This document shows positions 35,837 through 47,434 of a stretch of DNA of 64,000 nt, in pieces. Each line of letters opens with the position of its first letter. Position 1 is the first letter of the stretch. The translations under genes were made by a program, and so were the position numbers. Source of the DNA: Antedon mediterranea (Eukaryota > Animalia > Echinodermata); the NCBI RefSeq assembly GCF_964355755.1, contig NC_092677.1:1386101-1450100 (forward strand), in the 5' to 3' direction. The notes under the pieces were generated by a model that worked only from the letters and a program-made list of their open reading frames with translations, did no database searches and had not been told where the DNA came from.

Positions 35837-38816
35837 ATGATGACTTTTTGTTTGCTGCTATTTGTTCTTGTATTTGGTAAGTACCAGGCTTTAATGTTTT
35901 GTGGGTGCTACTATAAGTTAAGTCTTTGTCTATGTAGAGCATCTTGTGTATATGTTTGTATTATGTTCTAGTGCAGTATATGGAGAGCCATCTCGATAGT
36001 GCTTTGCACTCATGGCAATCCTCAGGGTGCTGCACCGCTGTGTTGTCATGTATTGTTGTGCCTGAAAATTGAATAAAATAAAAATAAAAAATAAAATTAA
36101 CATTTGATTTTCAATTTTTTTTATAAAACCATATACATGTAGGCCTATAGTACCTTTCCGTCATTGTTTGAGATACAAATAATCATCATGCATGTTATTT
36201 TCGAATTTATAGAGGTCGTTCTAACTTAGGTTAACAATTATAAAAGTAAACTATTAATTACAAAATTTTGAAATTTGCCGGACCACTGGTTTGGTTTGTG
36301 CGAGAGCCCAGAACGGAAAACACAATAGAAAGAATGCATTCACTAGAATGTTGATTGTTGTCGTATCTTTCTGATTTTAATACTTTGCAGCATAATGTTA
36401 TCAATTAATCAAATTTATTCACCTCCCTTAGGAGAAACATATAAAAACTCTACAGCAAAATAAAACACATTAAAATAAAGATTCACATGAATCAATAGAT
36501 TAAAATGGTTTTAACGAGTTAAATAAAGTGTCAAAACCATTGTGAAATAGGGCAGACTTGTTATATTTCAAAATCAAGTTAAGTAACTTATTTAGTTTCA
36601 GATGCAAGTGCACAAACACAAGTGACAGTGAATGCTGGTACAGCAAAAGTTGATGAAGCTGCAACAATGATGTGTACTTATACACTTGTACCAAATGATG
36701 CATTACTGCAACTGTCTTGGACAAAAGCTGATGAGAATGGTCAACCAGTAGGGAATGCTCTCGTCACTTCTACAGGTCAACCAAACAATGGTCGATACAG
36801 TTTTTCCAACGATAATCTTATAATAACTGATGTTGAAAGAGGTGATGCAGTCAACTATCGTTGTGCTGTTAGCACCGTTAATGGAAATCCTGGTGATGAC
36901 TTTGCTAATCTCACAGTCTATTGTGAGTATATGTTTTGGAGCAAAACATTTTTTTTTTTTTATTTATTTAAATATGTTTATTTCTGGTACTGTACAGTAC
37001 ATGTCAGTTAGTACAGTAATTTTAATTTCATCTTTGAATCAGAAGTTTCACAATCAGAAAAACAAATGAAACCAATAATTTGGATAAAAAGTAAAAGATA
37101 TATCATCATCTATTGTGATATTCAATTTATTTCGGTGGTATGATGGTAATTAACTTTCCAATTGATGTGTTTGCCTTTTAGAGTATAATGTAATCATAAT
37201 GGTATCATTTACAAATTTAATCTAAAAAATGTATATAATAATATGATATTAAAGTGAAAATTATAATGCAGGGATGTTATTTACATCAGAACCAAACGAA
37301 TATTCAATATCCTATGTATGTATTATATTGTCAAAGAAGAGTACTAAACATTAACAATTACTGTATTACAATTGGTAGGCATGTCAATTGTGTAATTTTA
37401 AACAAATGAGTATCTAAGAACTGTACAGTATAATTTTGCCATTTCAGATCTTGAAGTACCAGATTTGAAACCAGTAGAATTGCATGCCACATTAAATGAA
37501 ACAGCAACATTTATATGTTCTGAACTTGAAGGTTTACCAACACCAATTACCATCACATGGATCAAAGATGACAATCCACTTGGTGTTCCTAATACAGACA
37601 AGTATCCAACTTCTGATGCAACATTAACGATTAATGACGTTGATGAGAGAGATGAGGGAGCTTATCAGTGTAGAGCAGAGAATGCTGCTTACATTGGAGA
37701 GGAGGGAAAACTTAGTAATACTGCCACACTGTCAATAGGTTGGTGGGAATAAACATTTTAATAAATAATGTATTTTATTAGCATCATTGTATAAGTCATT
37801 TCTGCATGTCATAATTATAAATGGAATATTCATATTACAGTATATTATGTCATGTGGTAACAAAAATAAAGCACAGGTAAACAGCGAAAACTGAAAGTTT
37901 TAGTTTATTAGTCATTTTTATAAAATGAACGCATGACGTGTCAGAGTATTGCTTGTTTGCTTTCTATTTCTTTAGCATCGACGACAACTTCTTCTATACC
38001 CTGTAAGTCAACTACACGTAGGTTTTGTTTGTTTGCATTGCATTGTAAATTTCCGGGATTTTGCATTTGCGAAAAAAAAAGGATAGCAATTGAAAGGAAT
38101 ATCCCTGCCCCATCCCCATGATCTGTATCATGCCTTAAAAGGGAACATAATGTCAACACTACATTATTGTAAACATGTTTAAAACACGGCATGGTAACAC
38201 GATCCTTCTGTATTATTTGTTCAGTTTTAAGTACAGAAGTTCCAAAGAGAGAGAATGATTGTAATTCAACTGGTCTTGTTGGAATGACGTTTGTTGGTGT
38301 GCTCATTGGATTCATTATCTGTTTGCTTGTGGTTGTTATCATCAGCAAAATAAGGAAATCACAGGCACAGGTAAAGTATAATTCAGAACGTAGAACCAAA
38401 AGCAAAAGTGTAGACTTAAAATGACGAAAGGTTTAATGAAATACCGCACACTTAAGTAATATAAACTATTTTAACATTAAATATGATGTTTTATTTTGAA
38501 GGTACCTACATCGAAAAACGCCAACCAATCAGGGGTAAGGATGTTACTTCAACTTTAAGTATTCAATTTCACTCGTCGTCGTCATCACAATCATTATTAT
38601 TACTATTGCCACCAATATATCAATAAAGGTTTACACGATTTTCATTCTTTTTTTTGCATGCACTAAACTTTTTTATTTTTTTTTTAGCAGCAGGAGTATA
38701 TGACTTATACTGGAGAAACAGATAAAGATACAAATCACACATACCAAGATTTACAGAAGAAAGACGATAATCAAGCTGTATATGTAAATGTTAAAGCAAA
38801 GAGGGACAACAAATAA
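35837..38816 (+). CDS. Intact Ig receptor G9 (exons 35837-35876, 36596-36922, 37448-37738, 37976-38002, 38225-38370, 38502-38534, 38688-38816)
   Basis: Leader MMTFCLLLFVLVFVSDASA; G6-like V; TM exon one Val shorter; intact tail EYMTY..TYQDL..VYVNV. Confidence 0.88.
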
Positions 38817-39891
38817 TATACATGTTTAAATAAAAATAAAATGAATATATTTTTACTATTAATGGAATATCATTACTATGATTTGAAACTACATGAATCA
38901 CATACCTCTTGATGATTTTATTATAACAAATAAAGAGAAATCATAACCTGTAGAAAGTGTTTTCTTTCTCTTGATTTAACTCTTTAACGCGTACAAATTT
39001 AATAACAAGAAATGTGAATGCTGTAATTTGTATTATCATTAACTAAACAAAATATACACAAGTACCTATAGTGACATAAAATATACCAATATTATATAGA
39101 AACATGTGATATAAAGATGAAAACCACAGACATACTTGAAAAATGTAAAAAAAGATATGTAACTAACAACGATACATTTATTAAAATGTTATTTTCTATT
39201 TTTGATTTTTTTGAATTAAAACTTGCTTGTATTAGACCAACTTTGATTCGTTACTTTGATTTTAATGTTTGAATGCATTAGTACATTGACATAATGAATA
39301 TATACTAGAATAGACTAGACAATCAATTCTTTTAACACCCGTGTAATTGTATTATTGTTATATAGCATTCTTTAATTTAATTCGCCTCGAGATGTGCTTT
39401 GGTTGGTTGCTGCCATATTTTTTCAAAGAGTTTAGTAATGATCAAATTGATTTTTAAACGTACAAACTAAATTCTAGGGACAAATTGGACGGAGGTTTTA
39501 AAGTTATGTGCGATTCAGGTTCATTTGTTTTTTAGGGAAGACATTAAGAAATACCTATAAAAATAATAAATAGTAGTTTGAACTACTTACTGTATAAATA
39601 CAATTTTTAAAAGACTAGGTGTTTTATGATTTTATTTTAAATAATTGATACTATTAAAAAAGAATAATTGTATCATCTTTATTTGGACGGAAGTACAGTG
39701 CACTATAATTATGAAGGAAGTAAAACTAATATATCACAAGTATGAATGGCAATCCAGAATCATAACAACGACAGGAACAATCAATACTTCAGTATACAAT
39801 ACAGTACAGTGTGGTAGAGTGCAAGACAATAATAGTGAAATAGTCACCACCTAATGAAGCGGAAAAGATTTCCATATTTTACAGATTTGTA

Positions 39892-40120
39892 ATGGAGGCG
39901 AAAAGTAAAAATGCGATGATTGTAAGTACAAAAATATTTAAAATATTTTTTCACACAATGACGCAATCGTAAATCGTTAATAGCTATTTTGTTTAATTTA
40001 TTTTCAGATAAAAGTGGAAAGTTTGACAATGTAACAATGATGTGCACTCCTACATTTGTTACAGGAGATTCGTTGCTTCAACTGGTTTTGTCAAAAGTTA
40101 ATGTCAGTGGTCAACAAGAA
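39892..40120 (+). pseudogene. Ig receptor G10 remnant (leader lacking its hydrophobic core plus the 5' third of V)
   Basis: ATGGAGGCGAAAAGT..ATGATT|GTAAGT, then FDNVTMMCTPTFVTGDSLLQLV; homology then stops. Confidence 0.8.
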
Positions 40121-40475
40121 GCTAGCTAGCTAGGCCTTCTTGCAGTACAGAAGTACAGAGCAAAGATCGTTAAAAAAAGATGCCATGCCCTTTAAATCAT
40201 GCACAGAAGAGGGCGGTGTTTCGCCTTACTACAAATAATGTACTCGTAAAGTTGCATTTCCTTCTTGTAAATAGATTGCTGTGAAGAAACTTTGATGATT
40301 TGAACAGTTATTAACTAAATATATTTTGTTTGTAAAGTAAATATATCTCTGTTTAAGGTAGGTTTATGGCACGCCAGGATGGACATACATAGTTATGTCC
40401 GTCCTAGCATGTCATATAGGTTCAAACACTAGATATAGGTACGTTAGCTAAATACTGCATGAGGCCTGTAACATC

Positions 40476-41895
40476 ATGACATACTCATGTTGCTTTACTG
40501 TCGCTGTGCTACTAATTGTGCAAATAGTTATATATACATATATATATGTAAACATTTTCAGTATTTTTTGTTTGTATTGTTTGCATTTCCTATAATTTTG
40601 TTTCCAGAAATGACAAAAAAACCTTTCTTGACATCAACACAATGTTTAATAAATGGTAGTAGACATACAGCACATGTTTTTAGCAAGCTGTCTTTAAAAA
40701 TTAGTAACAGCTTTATTTTTTATAACACCAAATCAACGTAGCTACCCTAAACTCGAAAAACATGCAATAAAAGTGCACAATATGCAGTATTTATAATAAC
40801 TACTGTACAGTTATTTTTTAGTTTTAGGTACACATGCACAAACTACATCTGTGACAGTGACTAATGATACAATTAAAGTTGGTGAGATTACAACGATGAC
40901 GTGTAGTTATACAGTTTCAGATGCATTGGATCGACTTGTTTGGTTCAGAGCTGATGCTGATGGTACTGCATTATTAAGAAACCCTATCGTATCTAGTGAT
41001 ACAGGAGAAACAAGCAATGGTCGTTACAGCTTATCTAATGACAAGGATCTTATGATAAGTGCTGTTGAAGTAAATGATGCAGGAAATTATCTGTGTAGAA
41101 TCATCACACAAAATGGCCAAGTTGCTGACGACTATGATGAACTTATAGTTCAATGTGAGTTTGTCATTCCTTTGTTGTTTTTTTCTAGTAAAAGTTAAAG
41201 ACATAACTTCTGTTGGACAATCTTCAAATTACAATAAATAATTATAATTAAAAATTATCAAAATGTCATGAAAATAAAGCTGTGTTTATGGTATTACATT
41301 TAATAGTCAAATTGTCTTTACACTGCAGATCTTGACACACCAGTTGTGACTCCAGCCCAATTGTCTGTCAAGATGGATGATACAGCAACGTTCACAACTG
41401 AACCTGTTGGATTTCCAACACCAATTACCATCACATGGATCAAAGATGACGCCACACTTGATGTGTCTGATACAGAAAAGTATCCAAATTATGATGCAAC
41501 ATTAACCATTGATAATGTAAATGAGACGGACGAGGGAGATTATAAGTGTAGAGTAGAGAATGCTGCTTACATGGGAGAAGAAGGAAAACTTAGTAATACT
41601 GTTAAACTCATCACAGTAGCAGGTTGGTACGGTTGGAATTAAATAGTTTTAATTGATACAATGAATACATATAAAGACATTTTATTCTTCGGATCGTGTT
41701 TTCTCTACCACCAAAAATTGTTCTTTGTTTCTACACCGATATGGATAACAACGGTGAGCTAACACAACAAAACGGAACCCTTTAGTTGTTTGTTTTTGTT
41801 ATTATTATGCAGGTGTTTTATTATATTAACGCATGATAAGTTCCGATAATAATGCTTTTTTATTTATTTAGAATTTACGACTACCTCTATATCCA
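40476..41895 (+). pseudogene. Ig receptor G11, 3'-truncated (putative leader from 40476, V 40822-41154, C2 41329-41622, stalk 41872-41895; TM and tail absent)
   Basis: V and C2 exons are open. The leader-like MTYSCCFTVAVLLIVQI lacks a phase-1 GT donor. Array homology stops at ~41930 and resumes as 3' UTR at ~53740. Confidence 0.7.
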
Positions 41896-42113
41896 GTAAG
41901 TCAACTATAAGTACGTTGCATTGTATTATATTACACAAACCAGAAATGGTGTTGGTAGTCTATAAGTGCTGCTTACCTGGATAAACCCGACAATAGCCCT
42001 TTTCCACGAAGTGCGAAACAATTACGAAAAGAAGAATTCTACCCGAATTCACCTCATTAAGAATGGTACAGTCCGCTCTAGCGCCCTCTCGTGGGACCAC
42101 TCCCACGTGTTAC

Positions 42114-43673
42114 CATAGTTGCCATTTCTGGCATTATTATGCTTTTTGGCATTATTTGGAGGCCCACGGCATCTGGCATAATGCCGCAGCATTATTTAGC
42201 CGTTTTTAGCATAATCTGGCATAATTTTGTGTTTTTTGAACAACCAAAAAAATAATATAACACAGAACAAAAATAAAATATTTTGTTTATAAATCTTGCA
42301 ATTTAATACATGTTATCACCTTATACAATATCATATCGTACACAAAACAGATCTGTTCGGGTTTTCCGTACAATAGTCTTTCCATCCTTTCGTTTCGGAC
42401 TTAATCGACTCTTCGGATAGGAGGCTGCTCGAAAACTACCGTGTGTGCGGCGATATAGGCAGTACAAAAAATCCGAAGAGGCTAGCTATTGGCCAATTAT
42501 TGCTCTATTTTAGAGTTCATGCAGGTTATTGGATCCCCATGGGTGTAGAGACAATTGAACGAAAACATTATGAAAGGGGTTTTGTTTTTTCAGTTCATAA
42601 TTATAAGCGGCCGCATCCCTACCCCAACCCTTAAAATGGCAATTTCCGGTAACTTAGAAGCTCTAATTTTAAAACGAATTTCTTCTAGAGAATTTGTTTT
42701 CCATATTTCAAATTATATTCCATCGTCATTATATGCCATTACCGCCAGTTGAGCAGCTCTATTTTTCCAAATTATCTTACTTCAGCACCAGCCATGGTGG
42801 AGCTGAGGTCCTGGAGACACTTATACATTTTTATTTCCTATTTTAAATCATAATTACCATTTTCGAACTATGTGGTGGGCTAAGATCCTGGGGTACTAAT
42901 AAATATATTTTTATTTCATATTTGAAATTAAGTGCCATTTCCGGCCATCGAGCAGCTCTATGTTCCAAATTTTCGTACCTCAGCAGCCCCAACCATGGTC
43001 GGGCTGAGGTCCTGTAGACACTTAATATATATTTTGATTTCCTATTTTCAATTATAATTGCCATTTTCGAACTATGGTGGGCTAAGATCCTGGAGACACT
43101 AATAAATATATTTTTATTTCATATTTTAAATTTAGTGGCATTTCCGGCCATCAGCATTTTTCAAAATTTTCTTATATAAACCATGGTGGGGCTGAGGTCC
43201 TGGAGACACTTAATATATATATTTATTTCCTATTTTAAATTATAATTGCCATTTTATAATTATGGTGGGCTAAGATCCTTTCATATTTGAAATTAAGTGC
43301 AAAGATCGAGCAGCTCTCATATTTCAACTCAAAAATTCTAAATTTCCATGGCTGTAACAGGTTTTTTTTGGGGGAGGTGGGGGGCGTGGATTGGTGTTGG
43401 TGTCATTTGCAATTACCATTTTCGCACCCCAGATATTTTTAGAATTATTAGTTATTACTCACAAAACTAAAAATATAAATTTTTGAACGACATAGGGATA
43501 CAATTTTAGGCCCTATTTTGTGTCAGTTGGGGTTCTTCAAACGTTTATTAGACATACAACCGTTGGTGGCGCTGTTTAGGGCCACATTTTGGGGATCTGG
43601 CATTATTTTTCCAAATCTGGCATTTTTTTAGACAGGATACGGCATAATTTAAATTTTATCGCTGGCAACGCTG
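42114..43673. mobile_element. Non-autonomous hAT-like element
   Basis: Ends CATAGTTGCCA / TGGCAACGCTG with 8-bp TSD CGTGTTAC. Internal tandem repeats at ~42630-43320 resemble those at 29870-30610. Confidence 0.8.
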
Positions 43674-44868
43674 CGTGTTACCGTCATCATTTCTTTTCGT
43701 ACTGTCACGAAGACACGTCACGAAGTTTGAGAGCGTTGCAATACGTCACAAACGAGGGAGAAATGCCAACCTTATCTAACCTTGAGAAGCTAGCCGAGGC
43801 TAAGTTGATCTATTGATTTACTATTTATATCTATTATACATTGTATTATTGGTACGTTGGAAACCGTTGCCCTGTTTTGTTAATCTAACAGGGCAAAAAT
43901 ACCGTTAGACAAGAAGACTAGTTGTTGTTGATACGTTGCAAATCGTTGAAATTTTTCACATACCGGGACTGTTCACCGGCATAGTGTAGGCGATTCACAG
44001 TCGGGCAGCAAAGTGGTTGACCTCGCGAATTATTACCAAATCAAAATTTGAATTGCCGCCATCTTGGAATCGCGATAAAGCAAGTAGTGCGGAATTACAA
44101 AAAGCAGCAAAAAAAAATGTCAATAACATTTAAATAGCATATTCATGCAATTAAATTTATATTAATAAAATTCAACTAAGGATTTTACGAAAGATAGGCT
44201 ACTTAAGAAATACTGCCGAGATCGGTTCCCCCACACGGCGTAGGGTACCGCAGTGCTAAGGGGCCTAGGTAGGAAAAAATCTGATTTTACCTGTTAAACA
44301 TGCTTGAACCAAGGCCATTTTAATATATATTATCCAGATTATATATCAAAACAAACTGATAAAAGGATTTGTTGATTTGCTTCTGATGAGAAAAGTGCCG
44401 GATTCATTTCGCTGACGGCGAATGAATACACGAATTTTCGCCATTTTCTAGCACTAGCCTTGGGTACCCAGACAGCGATTTTTTTTTCCGTACGAGAGTT
44501 CCTCCATCGGTTCGTTTCGGACTCAATCGACTCTTCGGTAAGCCACCGATGCTCACTGATGCGTGACAGCAACCACAAGACAAAACGTGAGCAGCTTTTT
44601 TTTTCACGAGTGACAGATTTATACTGTACATACTACTAGAGGCTAATACTATACTCACTGTAAATATAATAATAAATATTAATAGTAGTACTGAACGTCA
44701 TTGTAATAATAATAATAGGCCTAGAATTTTAATAATATAATACTGTATAGGCAGCCACAAACCAATGTATGTACCATCAGATTCACAAACAGTAACACAC
44801 ATACAGCAGCAGCACTTTGTTGGTCGTCACAAGCAAGGCCTAGCTAGCCTAGCACTACGCTACGTGTG

Positions 44869-47010
44869 GGGTAGTAACAAAGTGCGAGGCAGCGAGGCAC
44901 GCGAGGCAGGGAAGGCATGCGAGGCAAGTCAGAAATTTATGCGAGGCATCGTTTTACCATCATCAAAAAATGCGAGGCATCATTTTATCATTTCTCAAAA
45001 TTGCAAGGGGTAGTAACAAAGTGCGAGGCAGCGAGGCACGCGAGGCAGGGAAGGCATGCGAGGCAGGGAAGGCATGCGAGGCAAGTCAGAAATTTATGCG
45101 AGGCATCGTTTTACCATCATCAAAAAATGCGAGGCATCATTTTATCATTTCTCAAAATTGCAAGGCAGGAAATCACCGAAATTGAAGTAGCCTAGGCCTA
45201 GGCCCGCTAGGCTAGTTTCCTTTTGCACCTGCCTTGTATTTTAACCAACTTTATCCTGAATACCACAGCTTAGAATTAGTAGGCCTACTTTAATGAAGAA
45301 AAATCACATAAAAGTAACAATAAATCCATTAAATTGGTGATTTTACAGACGTTGTTTTTCTCGAATTTCGCACACTAAATGTTCAATATTTTGGTTTCTA
45401 TGGAACGCCAAAAGAGCAAAATTAATTAGAGGGCTAAAAACTCTGTGGAATCCATTTGTATTTAACGCATTATTTGGTGAAAATCAAGTACAATTTCAAT
45501 AGATTTTGTCACTGTCAGTAAGGAAAAATGTTACTGTTGATAATGTACACGGTTTCGTTAACCTTTTAAAGAATAAAATAGAAAAATTCATCATAATATC
45601 CTTAGTAGGATGTCCTAGGTCTAGACTAGGTAGTGATGTTGATTTAGGATCGATTATTATTTTTTGAAAACAGAACAGTATCAGCAGTAACATATTACAG
45701 CATTTTTATTGACAAATTAACAAATATATTGAAATAAAACGTGTTTTTCACCAATAAATGTATGAGCAATTGACGCATTCCACTGAGTTTTAGTCCTCTA
45801 TTATCGTTGCTCTTTTGGCGCTCCATAGAAACAAAAATATTGAACATTGAATAAGTGAAATTCGCGAACAGTGTGCGAGAAACACGCCTGTAAAATCATT
45901 AATTTAAGGATTTATTTGTTACCTTTTATGTGATTCTTTCATTAAAGTACTCATGAGGTTAGTAAAGTTAGTTATCAAATTTGGAGTAAAAATACAAGCG
46001 AAGGAAACTAGCGCCAGGTTTATTAGTACGTACATGGACAACAATAAATAAAAATCGTTCGTAATATAGGCCTACCTAGCTTACTAAAACAGGAATAGTG
46101 TATCATTATTAAATATTACACCAATTATTATTATATCAAAATTGATTAAATTATTTTCTACATAGGCCTCTTATCTAGGTTAGGGCTAAGCATATTAGCT
46201 AAAGTTTAATTTTAGGCCTAGTATTACAATTGTCGGACGTAAGTCTTTTTTCACACGCGCTCCAGAATTCTGTCGCAATTTTTTTCTTTGCGGCATGTTA
46301 TTGGATCGCCATATCAGTTACCTTTTATTCACCGCCAGTTATTGAACTTGTCCTGGCAATCGCTGTTCACCTTATTTGCAAGAGAGGTACACGTGTTGTT
46401 CCTAGAGAATGGAATGTCAAAAATGTCTTTGGCACGCCGCTCAGAGAGAAGTCTGTGCGTTGCTGCTGAAACCACGTGCTATAGGAGGGGAATGCACCAC
46501 AATCCTCTGAGCTAGCTGAGGGCTGAATCATTCCGCTACCTGCTAACTAGGCGCAGGGGTGTGACAAAATATTATTTTCACTCTGCTATGTTCGAGAGAC
46601 ATGTGAGTGAACACGCTCGAAATGCCAACAAACATTGCAGTCATTTGATGAGTGTGTCGCTATAACAATTATTGTTTATCGAAAGTTGAAGACTGTCGTT
46701 CAGATTTTTGAACCGTAGTTTGGGCACTTTTGTAAAAGTAAAATTTGACACGATATGACTTGAATGAAAAAACAATCGTTACATAAAAATAAACAACATG
46801 ATGAGTGTATACACGAATCTATTTAGATACGCTTGTATCGATTGATTATTAGGCCTATAATATAGCATAATAGCACGTTAAGATATGCCTCGCACCTTTT
46901 TGAAATTGTAAACTATATGCCTCGCATGCCTCGCACTTTTGGAAATGATAAAATGATGCCTCGCACAAATATTTGGCATGCCTCGCTTGCCTCGCACTTT
47001 GTCAACACTC
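44869..47010. mobile_element. MULE/foldback-like non-autonomous element
   Basis: TIRs rich in TGCGAGGCA repeats and 9-bp TSD CTACGTGTG. The left end is tandemly duplicated. Internal ~200-bp inverted repeats at 45247-45455 and 45780-46010. Confidence 0.8.
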
Positions 47011-47434
47011 CTACGTGTGCTTCAAATTCAATGTAGTACATTTCCATCTACAGTACTATTTTTTATTTTAATAAAATGAAGTACAGTAGTAGGTTAGAAA
47101 TTATATTTACAGAAGTAACACTAACAGATGTTTTTATCAAGAAAATTACAATTTTCTTCAGGTTTTTAAGTGTAACATTTGAAAAATTGTATACATTATA
47201 GGCCAGTATTAGTAACATGTATTCTTGTAAGTTGTAATGTATAGAAACACATGCTTGCTTATTAAGCGTTTAATATTGTGTTAATTTAATAATTATTGAT
47301 ATCTTGGCCGGTGGAAATTTCGAATTAAAATGAACAATTTAAAAAAAAAAAATTTATTTCAGAAACCATAATAAAAAAAATAAAATCAAGAATATGGAAT
47401 ACAGAAAACCGATCTTCATGACAAGATGATAGTA

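Noticed and set aside
1-41895. One giant multi-Ig gene with mutually exclusive exons (Dscam-like)
   Set aside because: Each complete unit has its own leader, TM, stop codon and 3' UTR, which indicates separate genes. Cross-unit splicing is phase-compatible but unsupported.
44765-45195. Repetitive ORFs (ARQGRH/EAGKAC)
   Set aside because: Translations of TGCGAGGCA terminal repeats of a non-autonomous element.
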